DNA of 64,000 bases from Auanema rhodensis (Eukaryota; Animalia; Nematoda), in assembly GCA_964057225.1 (NCBI GenBank), contig OZ059895.1, positions 1,984,001-2,048,000 on the forward strand, read 5' to 3'. Shown here one piece after another: positions 52,653 to 64,000 of this stretch. How positions within the stretch are numbered: the first letter of the stretch is position 1; the number at the start of each line of letters is the position of its first letter. Below the pieces are notes generated by a model that was not told where the DNA came from, made no database searches, and saw only the letters and a program-made list of their open reading frames with translations. The position numbers and the translations under genes were made by a program.

Positions 52653-55600
52653 GATTTTTAAGCTGCGTCGATCTGTGTTATCAGATTTGCGCTAGCTTAA
52701 AAATGCACCGAGATATCAACTGATATAAGTTCACACTTATATCCTCGATTTTCACCCTGAAGAATTAATTTTTTCGTTGAATAACATTGTCCATCGTCTT
52801 TGCCTTGAAAAATGGAATCTAAAAACATCTACTTTTTGCTAAATTATTTTGAAATTTTTCGAAAAAATTTTTGTCAAAATGTTTTTGGAAGCAATGTTGA
52901 GTGTACATGGAAACTCAACATACACTAATGCATCATTTTTCAAACGATTATAACTAATTTTTGTATTAAGCTTTTCTCAATGTAGTATAGTGCATTCGAT
53001 GCGGATTTTTAAGCTGCGTCGATCTGTGTTATCAGATTTGCGCTAGCTTAAAAATGCACCGAGATATCAACTGATATAAGTTCACACTTATATCCTCGAT
53101 TTTCACCCTGAAGAATTAATTTTTTCGTTGAATAACATTGTCCATCGTCTTTGCCTTGAAAAATGGAATCTAAAAACATCTACTTTTTGCTAAATTATTT
53201 TGAAATTTTTCGAAAAAATTTTTGTCAAAATGTTTTTGGAAGCAATGTTGAGTGTACATGGAAACTCAACATACACTAATGCATCATTTTTCAAACGATT
53301 ATAACTAATTTTTGTATTAAGCTTTTCTCAATGTAGTATAGTGCATTCGATGCGGATTTTTAAGCTGCGTCGATCTGTGTTATCAGATTTGCGCTAGCTT
53401 AAAAATGCACCGAGATATCAACTGATATAAGTTCACACTTATATCCTCGATTTTCACCCTGAAGAATTAATTTTTTCGTTGAATAACATTGTCCATCGTC
53501 TTTGCCTTGAAAAATGGAATCTAAAAACATCTACTTTTTGCTAAATTATTTTGAAATTTTTCGAAAAAATTTTTGTCAAAATGTTTTTGGAAGCAATGTT
53601 GAGTGTACATGGAAACTCAACATACACTAATGCATCATTTTTCAAACGATTATAACTAATTTTTGTATTAAGCTTTTCTCAATGTAGTATAGTGCATTCG
53701 ATGCGGATTTTTAAGCTGCGTCGATCTGTGTTATCAGATTTGCGCTAGCTTAAAAATGCACCGAGATATCAACTGATATAAGTTCACACTTATATCCTCG
53801 ATTTTCACTCTGAAGAATTAATTTTTTCGTTGAATAACATTGTCCATCGTCTTTGCCTTGAAAAATGGAATCTAAAAACATCTACTTTTTGCTAAATTAT
53901 TTTGAAATTTTTCGAAAAAAATTTTGTCAAAATGTTTTTGGAAGCAATGTTGAGTGTACATGGAAACTCAACATACACTAATGCATCATTTTTCAAACGA
54001 TCATAACTAATTTTTGTATTAAGCTTTTCTCAATGTAGTATAGTGCATTCGATGCGGATTTTTAAGCTGCGTCTATCTGTGTTATCAGATTTGCGCTAGC
54101 TTAAAAATGCACCGAGATATCAACTGATATAAGTTCACACTTATATCCTCGATTTTCACCCTGAAGAATTAATTTTTTCGTTGAATAACATTGTCCATCG
54201 TCTTTGCCTTGAAAAATGGAATCTAAAAACATCTACTTTTTGCTAAATTATTTTGAAATTTTTCGAAAAAATTTTTGTCAAAATGTTTTTGGAAGCAATG
54301 TTGAGTGTACATGGAAACTCAACATACACTAATGCATCATTTTTCAAACGATCATAACTAATTTTTGTATTAAGCTTTTCTCAGTGTAGTATAGTGCATT
54401 CGATGCGGATTTTTAAGCTGCGTCGATCTGTGTTATCAGATTTGCGCTAGCTTAAAAATGCACCGAGATATCAACTGATATAAGTTTACACTTATATCCT
54501 CGATTTTCACCCTGAAGAATTAATTTTTTCGTTGAATAACATCGTCCATCGTCTTTGCCTTGAAAAATGAAATCTAAAAACATCTACTTTTTGCTAAATT
54601 ATTTTGAAATTTTTCGAAAAAATTTTTGTCAAAATGTTTTTGGAAGCAATGTTGAGTGTACGTGGAAACTCAACATACACTAATGCATCATTTTTCAAAC
54701 GATTATAACTAATTTTTGTATTAAGCTTTTCTCAATGTAGTATAGTGCATTCGATGCGGATTTTTAAGCTGCGTCGATCTGTGTTATCAGATTTGCGCTA
54801 GCTTAAAAATTCACCGAGATATCAACTGATATAAGTTCACACTTATATCCTCGATTTTCACCCTGAAGAATTAATTTTTTCGTTGAATAACATTGTCCAT
54901 CGTCTTTGCCTTGAAAAATGGAATCTAAAAACATCTACTTTTTGCTAAATTATTTTGAAATTTTTCGAAAAAATTTTTGTCAAAATGTTTTTGGAAGCAA
55001 TGTTGAGTGTACATGGAAACTCAACATACACTAATGCATCATTTTTCAAACGATTATAACTAATTTTTGTATTAAGCTTTTCTCAATGTAGTATAGTGCA
55101 TTCGATGCGGATTTTTAAGCTGCGTCGATCTGTGTTATCAGATTTGCGCTAGCTTAAAAATGCACCGAGATATCAACTGATATAAGTTCACACTTATATC
55201 CTCGATTTTCACCCTGAAGAATTAATTTTTTCGTTGAATAACATTGTCCATCGTCTTTGCCTTGAAAAATGGAATCTAAAAACATCTACTTTTTGCTAAA
55301 TTATTTTGAAATTTTTCGAAAAAATTTTTGTCAAAATGTTTTTGGAAGCAATGTTGAGTGTACATGGAAACTCAACATACACTAATGCATCATTTTTCAA
55401 ACGATTATAACTAATTTTTGTATTAAGCTTTTCTCAATGTAGTATAGTGCATTCGATGCGGATTTTTAAGCTGCGTCGATCTGTGTTATCAGATTTGCGC
55501 TAGCTTAAAAATGCACCGAGATATCAACTGATATAAGTTCACACTTATATCCTCGATTTTCACCCTGAAGAATTAATTTTTTCGTTGAATAACATTGTCC

Positions 55601-56863
55601 ATCGTCTTTGCCTTGAAAAATGGAATCTAAAAACATCTACTTTTTGCTAAATTATTTTGAAATTTTTCGAAAAAATTTTTGTCAAAATGTTTTTGGAAGC
55701 AATGTTGAGTGTACATGGAAACTCAACATACACTAATGCATCATTTTTCAAACGATTATAACTAATTTTTGTATTAAGCTTTTCTCAATGTAGTATAGTG
55801 CATTCGATGCGGATTTTAAGCTGCGTCGATCTGTGTTATCAGATTTGCGCTAGCTTAAAAATGCACCGAGATATCAACTGATATAAGTTCACACTTATAT
55901 CCTCGATTTTCACTCTGAAGAATTAATTTTTTCGTTGAATAACATTGTCCATCGTCTTTGCCTTGAAAAATGGAATCTAAAAACATCTACTTTTTGCTAA
56001 ATTATTTTGAAATTTTTCGAAAAAAATTTTGTCAAAATGTTTTTGGAAGCAATGTTGAGTGTACATGGAAACTCAACATACACTAATGCATCATTTTTCA
56101 AACGATCATAACTAATTTTTGTATTAAGCTTTTCTCAATGTAGTATAGTGCATTCGATGCGGATTTTTAAGCTGCGTCGATCTGTGTTATCAGATTTGCG
56201 CTAGCTTAAAAATGCACCGAGATATCAACTGATATAAGTTCACACTTATATCCTCGATTTTCACCCTGAAGAATTAATTTTTTCGTTGAATAACATTGTC
56301 CATCGTCTTTGCCTTGAAAAATGGAATCTAAAAACATCTACTTTTTGCTAAATTATTTTGAAATTTTTCGAAAAAATTTTTGTCAAAATGTTTTTGGAAG
56401 CAATGTTGAGTGTACATGGAAACTCAACATACACTAATGCATCATTTTTCAAACGATCATAACTAATTTTTGTATTAAGCTTTTCTCAGTGTAGTATAGT
56501 GCATTCGATGCGGATTTTTAAGCTGCGTCGATCTGTGTTATCAGATTTGCGCTAGCTTAAAAATGCACCGAGATATCAACTGATATAAGTTTACACTTAT
56601 ATCCTCGATTTTCACCCTGAAGAATTAATTTTTTCGTTGAATAACATCGTCCATCGTCTTTGCCTTGAAAAATGGAATCTAAAAACATCTACTTTTTGCT
56701 AAATTATTTTGAAATTTTTCGAAAAAATTTTTGTCAAAATGTTTTTGGAAGCAATGTTGAGTGTACGTGGAAACTCAACATACACTAATGCATCATTTTT
56801 CAAACGATCATAACTAATTTTTGTATTAAGCTTTTCTCAATGTAGTATAGTGCATTCGATGCG
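52653..56863. repeat. Tandem duplication of a 6-monomer unit (~2106 bp)
   Basis: Monomers starting 53706 and 55812 share m104T and m216A. Each is preceded by three m297T monomers and followed by an m328G monomer, then an m80T/m136C/m255G monomer. Confidence 0.8.
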
Positions 56864-57565
56864 GATTTTTAAGCTGCGTCGATCTGTGTTATCAGATTTG
56901 CGCTAGCTTAAAAATGCACCGAGATATCAACTGATATAAGTTCACACTTATATCCTCGATTTTCACCCTGAAGAATTAATTTTTTCGTTGAATAACATCG
57001 TCCATCGTCTTTGCCTTGAAAAATGGAATCTAAAAACATCTACTTTTCGCTAAATTATTTTGAAATTTTTCGAAAAAATTTTTGTCAAAATGTTTTTGGA
57101 AGCAATGTTGAGTGTACGTGGAAACTCAACATACACTAATGCATCATTTTTCAAACGATCATAACTAATTTTTGTATTAAGCTTTTCTCAATGTAGTATA
57201 GTGCATTCGATGCGGATTTTTAAGCTGCGTCGATCTGTGTTATCAGATTTGCGCTAGCTTAAAAATGCACCGAGATATCAACTGATATAAGTTCACACTT
57301 ATATCCTCGATTTTCACCCTGAAGAATTAATTTTTTCGTTGAATAACATCGTCCATCGTCTTTGCCTTGAAAAATGGAATTTAAAAACATCTACTTTTCG
57401 CTAAATTATTTTGAAATTTTTCGAAAAAATTTTTGTCAAAATGTTTTTGGAAGCAATGTTGAGTGTACATGGAAACTCAACATACACTAATGCATCATTT
57501 TTCAAACGATTATAACTAATTTTTGTATTAAGCTTTTCTCAATGTAGTATAGTGCATTCGATGCG

Positions 57566-60500
57566 GATTTTTAAGCTGCGTCGATCTGTGTTATCAGATT
57601 TGCGCTAGCTTAAAAATGCACCGAGATATCAACTGATATAAGTTTACACTTATATCCTCGATTTTCACCCTGAAGAATTAATTTTTTCGTTGAATAACAT
57701 CGTCCATCGTCTTTGCCTTGAAAAATGAAATCTAAAAACATCTACTTTTTGCTAAATTATTTTGAAATTTTTCGAAAAAATTTTTGTCAAAATGTTTTTG
57801 GAAGCAATGTTGAGTGTACGTGGAAACTCAACATACACTAATGCATCATTTTTCAAACGATCATAACTAATTTTTGTATTAAGCTTTTCTCAATGTAGTA
57901 TAGTGCATTCGATGCGGATTTTTAAGCTGCGTCGATCTGTGTTATCAGATTTGCGCTAGCTTAAAAATGCACCGAGATATCAACTGATATAAGTTCACAC
58001 TTATATCCTCGATTTTCACCCTGAAGAATTAATTTTTTCGTTGAATAACATCGTCCATCGTCTTTGCCTTGAAAAATGGAATCTAAAAACATCTACTTTT
58101 TGCTAAATTATTTTGAATTTTTTCGAAAAAATTTTTGTCAAAATGTTTTTGGAAGCAATGTTGAGTGTACATGGAAACTCAACATACACTAATGCATCAT
58201 TTTTCAAACGATCATAACTAATTTTTGTATTAAGCTTTTCTCAATGTAGTATAGTGCATTCGATGCGGATTTTTAAGCTGCGTCGATCTGTGTTATCAGA
58301 TTTGCGCTAGCTTAAAAATGCACCGAGATATCAACTGATATAAGTTCACACTTATATCCTCGATTTTCACCCTGAAGAATTAATTTTTTCGTTGAATAAC
58401 ATCGTCCATCGTCTTTGCCTTGAAAAATGGAATCTAAAAACATCTACTTTTTGCTAAATTATTTTGAAATTTTTCGAAAAAATTTTTGTCAAAATGTTTT
58501 TGGAAGCAATGTTGAGTGTACATGGAAACTCAACATACACTAATGCATCATTTTTCAAACGATCATAACTAATTTTTGTATTAAGCTTTTCTCAATGTAG
58601 TATAGTGCATTCGATGCGGATTTTTAAGCTGCGTCGATCTGTGTTATCAGATTTGCGCTAGCTTAAAAATGCACCGAGATATCAACTGATATAAGTTTAC
58701 ACTTATATCCTCGATTTTCACCCTGAAGAATTAATTTTTTCGTTGAATAACATCGTCCATCGTCTTTGCCTTGAAAAATGAAATCTAAAAACATCTACTT
58801 TTTGCTAAATTATTTTGAAATTTTTCGAAAAAATTTTTGTCAAAATGTTTTTGGAAGCAATGTTGAGTGTACGTGGAAACTCAACATACACTAATGCATC
58901 ATTTTTCAAACGATCATAACTAATTTTTGTATTAAGCTTTTCTCAATGTAGTATAGTGCATTCGATGCGGATTTTTAAGCTGCGTCGATCTGTGTTATCA
59001 GATTTGCGCTAGCTTAAAAATGCACCGAGATATCAACTGATATAAGTTCACACTTATATCCTCGATTTTCACCCTGAAGAATTAATTTTTTCGTTGAATA
59101 ACATCGTCCATCGTCTTTGCCTTGAAAAATGGAATCTAAAAACATCTACTTTTTGCTAAATTATTTTGAATTTTTTCGAAAAAATTTTTGTCAAAATGTT
59201 TTTGGAAGCAATGTTGAGTGTACATGGAAACTCAACATACACTAATGCATCATTTTTCAAACGATCATAACTAATTTTTGTATTAAGCTTTTCTCAATGT
59301 AGTATAGTGCATTCGATGCGGATTTTTAAGCTGCGTCGATCTGTGTTATCAGATTTGCGCTAGCTTAAAAATGCACCGAGATATCAACTGATATAAGTTC
59401 ACACTTATATCCTCGATTTTCACCCTGAAGAATTAATTTTTTCGTTGAATAACATCGTCCATCGTCTTTGCCTTGAAAAATGGAATCTAAAAACATCTAC
59501 TTTTTGCTAAATTATTTTGAAATTTTTCGAAAAAATTTTTGTCAAAATGTTTTTGGAAGCAATGTTGAGTGTACATGGAAACTCAACATACACTAATGCA
59601 TCATTTTTCAAACGATCATAACTAATTTTTGTATTAAGCTTTTCTCAATGTAGTATAGTGCATTCGATGCGGATTTTTAAGCTGCGTCGATCTGTGTTAT
59701 CAGATTTGCGCTAGCTTAAAAATGCACCGAGATATCAACTGATATAAGTTTACACTTATATCCTCGATTTTCACCCTGAAGAATTAATTTTTTCGTTGAA
59801 TAACATCGTCCATCGTCTTTGCCTTGAAAAATGAAATCTAAAAACATCTACTTTTTGCTAAATTATTTTGAAATTTTTCGAAAAAATTTTTGTCAAAATG
59901 TTTTTGGAAGCAATGTTGAGTGTACGTGGAAACTCAACATACACTAATGCATCATTTTTCAAACGATCATAACTAATTTTTGTATTAAGCTTTTCTCAAT
60001 GTAGTATAGTGCATTCGATGCGGATTTTTAAGCTGCGTCGATCTGTGTTATCAGATTTGCGCTAGCTTAGAAATGCACCGAGATATCAACTGATATAAAT
60101 TTACACTTATATCCTCGATTTTCACCCTGAAGAATTAATTTTTTCGTTGAATAACATCGTCCATCGTCTTTGCCTTGAAAAATGAAATCTAAAAACATCT
60201 ACTTTTTGCTAAATTATTTTGAAATTTTTCGAAAAAATTTTTGTCAAAATGTTTTTGGAAGCAATGTTGAGTGTACGTGGAAACTCAACATACACTAATG
60301 CATCATTTTTCAAACGATCATAACTAATTTTTGAATTAAGCTTTTCTCAATGTAGTATAGTGCATTCGATGCGGATTTTTAAGCTGCGTCGATCTGTGTT
60401 ATCAGATTTGCGCTAGCTTAAAAATGCACCGAGATATCAACTGATATAAGTTCACACTTATATCCTCGATTTTCACCCTGAAGAATTAATTTTTTCGTTG

Positions 60501-63500
60501 AATAACATCGTCCATCGTCTTTGCCTTGAAAAATGGAATCTAAAAACATCTACTTTTTGCTAAATTATTTTGAATTTTTTCGAAAAAATTTTTGTCAAAA
60601 TGTTTTTGGAAGCAATGTTGAGTGTACATGGAAACTCAACATACACTAATGCATCATTTTTCAAACGATCATAACTAATTTTTGTATTAAGCTTTTCTCA
60701 ATGTAGTATAGTGCATTCGATGCGGATTTTTAAGCTGCGTCGATCTGTGTTATCAGATTTGCGCTAGCTTAAAAATGCACCGAGATATCAACTGATATAA
60801 GTTTACACTTATATCCTCGATTTTCACCCTGAAGAATTAATTTTTTCGTTGAATAACATCGTCCATCGTCTTTGCCTTGAAAAATGAAATCTAAAAACAT
60901 CTACTTTTTGCTAAATTATTTTGAAATTTTTCGAAAAAATTTTTGTCAAAATGTTTTTGGAAGCAATGTTGAGTGTACATGGAAACTCAACATACACTAA
61001 TGCATCATTTTTCAAACGATCATAACTAATTTTTGTATTAAGCTTTTCTCAATGTAGTATAGTGCATTCGATGCGGATTTTTAAGCTGCGTCGATCTGTG
61101 TTATCAGATTTGCGCTAGCTTAAAAATGCACCGAGATATCAACTGATATAAGTTTACACTCATATCCTCGATTTTCACCCTGAAGAATTAATTTTTTCGT
61201 TGAATAACATCGTCCATCGTCTTTGCCTTGAAAAATGAAATCTAAAAACATCTACTTTTTGCTAAATTATTTTGAAATTTTTCGAAAAAATTTTTGTCAA
61301 AATGTTTTTGGAAGCAATGTTGAGTGTACGTGGAAACTCAACATACACTAATGCATCATTTTTCAAACGATCATAACTAATTTTTGTATTAAGCTTTTCT
61401 CAATGTAGTATAGTGCATTCGATGCGGATTTTTAAGCTGCGTCGATCTGTGTTATCAGATTTGCGCTAGCTTAAAAATGCACCGAGATATCAACTGATAT
61501 AAATTTACGCTTATATCCTCGATTTTCACCCTGAAGAATTAATTTTTTCGTTGAATAACATCGTCCATCGTCTTTGCCTTGAAAAATGAAATCTAAAAAC
61601 ATCTACTTTTTGCTAAATTATTTTGAAATTTTTCGAAAAAATTTTTGTCAAAATGTTTTTGGAAGCAATGTTGAGTGTACGTGGAAACTCAACATACACT
61701 AATGCATCATTTTTCAAACGATCATAACTAATTTTTGTATTAAGCTTTTCTCAATGTAGTATAGTGCATTCGATGCGGATTTTTAAGCTGCGTCGATCTG
61801 TGTTATCAGATTTGCGCTAGCTTAAAAATGCACCGAGATATCAACTGATATAAGTTCACACTTATATCCTCGATTTTCACCCTGAAGAATTAATTTTTTC
61901 GTTGAATAACATCGTCCATCGTCTTTGCCTTGAAAAATGGAATCTAAAAACATCTACTTTTTGCTAAATTATTTTGAATTTTTTCGAAAAAATTTTTGTC
62001 AAAATGTTTTTGGAAGCAATGTTGAGTGTACATGGAAACTCAACATACACTAATGCATCATTTTTCAAACGATCATAACTAATTTTTGTATTAAGCTTTT
62101 CTCAATGTAGTATAGTGCATTCGATGCGGATTTTTAAGCTGCGTCGATCTGTGTTATCAGATTTGCGCTAGCTTAAAAATGCACCGAGATATCAACTGAT
62201 ATAAGTTCACACTTATATCCTCGATTTTCACCCTGAAGAATTAATTTTTTCGTTGAATAACATCGTCCATCGTCTTTGCCTTGAAAAATGGAATCTAAAA
62301 ACATCTACTTTTTGCTAAATTATTTTGAAATTTTTCGAAAAAATTTTTGTCAAAATGTTTTTGGAAGCAATGTTGAGTGTACATGGAAACTCAACATACA
62401 CTAATGCATCATTTTTCAAACGATCATAACTAATTTTTGTATTAAGCTTTTCTCAATGTAGTATAGTGCATTCGATGCAGATTTTTAAGCTGCGTCGATC
62501 TGTGTTATCAGATTTGCGCTAGCTTAAAAATGCACCGAGATATCAACTGATATAAGTTTACACTTATATCCTCGATTTTCACCCTGAAGAATTAATTTTT
62601 TCGTTGAATAACATCGTCCATCGTCTTTGCCTTGAAAAATGAAATCTAAAAACATCTACTTTTTGCTAAATTATTTTGAAATTTTTCGAAAAAATTTTTG
62701 TCAAAATGTTTTTGGAAGCAATGTTGAGTGTACGTGGAAACTCAACATACACTAATGCATCATTTTTCAAACGATCATAACTAATTTTTGTATTAAGCTT
62801 TTCTCAATGTAGTATAGTGCATTCGATGCGGATTTTTAAGCTGCGTCGATCTGTGTTATCAGATTTGCGCTAGCTTAAAAATGCACCGAGATATCAACTG
62901 ATATAAGTTCACACTTATATCCTCGATTTTCACCCTGAAGAATTAATTTTTTCGTTGAATAACATCGTCCATCGTCTTTGCCTTGAAAAATGGAATCTAA
63001 AAACATCTACTTTTTGCTAAATTATTTTGAATTTTTTCGAAAAAATTTTTGTCAAAATGTTTTTGGAAGCAATGTTGAGTGTACGTGGAAACTCAACATA
63101 CACTAATGCATCATTTTTCAAACGATCATAACTAATTTTTGTATTAAGCTTTTCTCAATGTAGTATAGTGCATTCGATGCGGATTTTTAAGCTGCGTCGA
63201 TCTGTGTTATCAGATTTGCGCTAGCTTAAAAATGCACCGAGATATCAACTGATATAAGTTTACACTTATATCCTCGATTTTCACCCTGAAGAATTAATTT
63301 TTTTGTTGAATAACATCGTCCATCGTCTTTGCCTTGAAAAATGAAATCTAAAAACATCTACTTTTTGCTAAATTATTTTGAAATTTTTCGAAAAAATTTT
63401 TGTCAAAATGTTTTTGGAAGCAATGTTGAGTGTACGTGGAAACTCAACATACACTAATGCATCATTTTTCAAACGATCATAACTAATTTTTGTATTAAGC

Positions 63501-63883
63501 TTTTCTCAATGTAGTATAGTGCATTCGATGCGGATTTTTAAGCTGCGTCGATCTGTGTTATCAGATTTGCGCTAGCTTAAAAATGCACCGAGATATCAAC
63601 TGATATAAGTTCACACTTATATCCTCGATTTTCACCCTGAAGAATTAATTTTTTCGTTGAATAACATCGTCCATCGTCTTTGCCTTGAAAAATGGAATCT
63701 AAAAACATCTACTTTTTGCTAAATTATTTTGAATTTTTTCGAAAAAATTTTTGTCAAAATGTTTTTGGAAGCAATGTTGAGTGTACGTGGAAACTCAACA
63801 TACACTAATGCATCATTTTTCAAACGATCATAACTAATTTTTGTATTAAGCTTTTCTCAATGTAGTATAGTGCATTCGATGCG
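57566..63883. repeat. Terminal block of X/Y/Z monomers forming 3-, 4- and 2-mer higher-order repeats
   Basis: X=(80T,163A,255G), Y=(202T), Z=plain. Order is approximately XYZ XYZ XX'YX XX'YZ XY XY. The Y marker is at 58118, 59171, 60575, 61979, 63032 and 63734. Confidence 0.75.
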
Positions 63884-64000
63884 GATTTTTAAGCTGCGTC
63901 GATCTGTGTTATCAGATTTGCGCTAGCTTAAAAATGCACCGAGATATCAACTGATATAAGTTCACACTTATATCCTCGATTTTCACCCTGAAGAATTAAT

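Larger units (their letters stand above)
1..64000. repeat. Satellite DNA array, 351-bp monomer, ~182.3 head-to-tail copies, truncated by both window edges
   Basis: GATTTTTAAGCTGCGTCGATC recurs at 1, 352, 703 ... 7021 (1+20x351), 35100, 42121, 49141 and 63884. The register shifts only at five 1-bp indels: deletions at ~12820 and ~55815, insertions at ~41572, ~49646 and ~52104. The first monomer has 109/351 G+C. No non-repeat sequence or inversion seen. Confidence 0.99.
40014..64000. repeat. Right array sub-domain (monomers 115-183), fixed for m161T and m320T, carrying private alleles m163A, m202T and m328G
   Basis: Last m161A is at 39472 and last m320G at 39631. First m163A is at 42985, and m202T appears from 58118 onward. 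Confidence 0.8.

Noticed and set aside
1-64000. CRISPR or other repeat-spacer array
   Set aside because: Hairpin-like segments exist, but the sequence between them is the same in every unit. There are no unique spacers and no cas genes.
1-64000. Rolling-circle or sequencing concatemer artefact, or viroid-like multimer
   Set aside because: Variants are shared, nested and regionally structured, as expected of an evolving genomic array rather than random errors on copies of one circle. 31% GC is also unlike viroids.

Overview
The whole window is one uninterrupted, head-to-tail tandem array of a 351-bp, AT-rich (~31% GC) monomer: 182 complete copies plus 117 bp of a 183rd, all in one orientation and continuing past both edges. 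Copies differ at only a few positions, and I found just five 1-bp indels in 64 kb. This is eukaryotic-type satellite DNA, plausibly centromeric or pericentromeric. CpG is not depleted, which fits an invertebrate host, but I do not recognise the family. I found no genes, RNA genes, transposon insertions or CRISPR spacers, and both ORFs in the track come from single point mutations that remove a stop codon in one copy. The informative structure is (i) at least four dyad/hairpin elements plus a long-range inverted repeat in each monomer, (ii) two allele-defined sub-domains joined by unusually diverged monomers at ~39.2-39.8 kb, and (iii) many short, nested, local higher-order repeats (2- to 7-mers). 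I see no evidence of a new protein- or RNA-coding system. Monomer positions (m1-m351) use window positions 1-351 as the register; variants were typed by eye.
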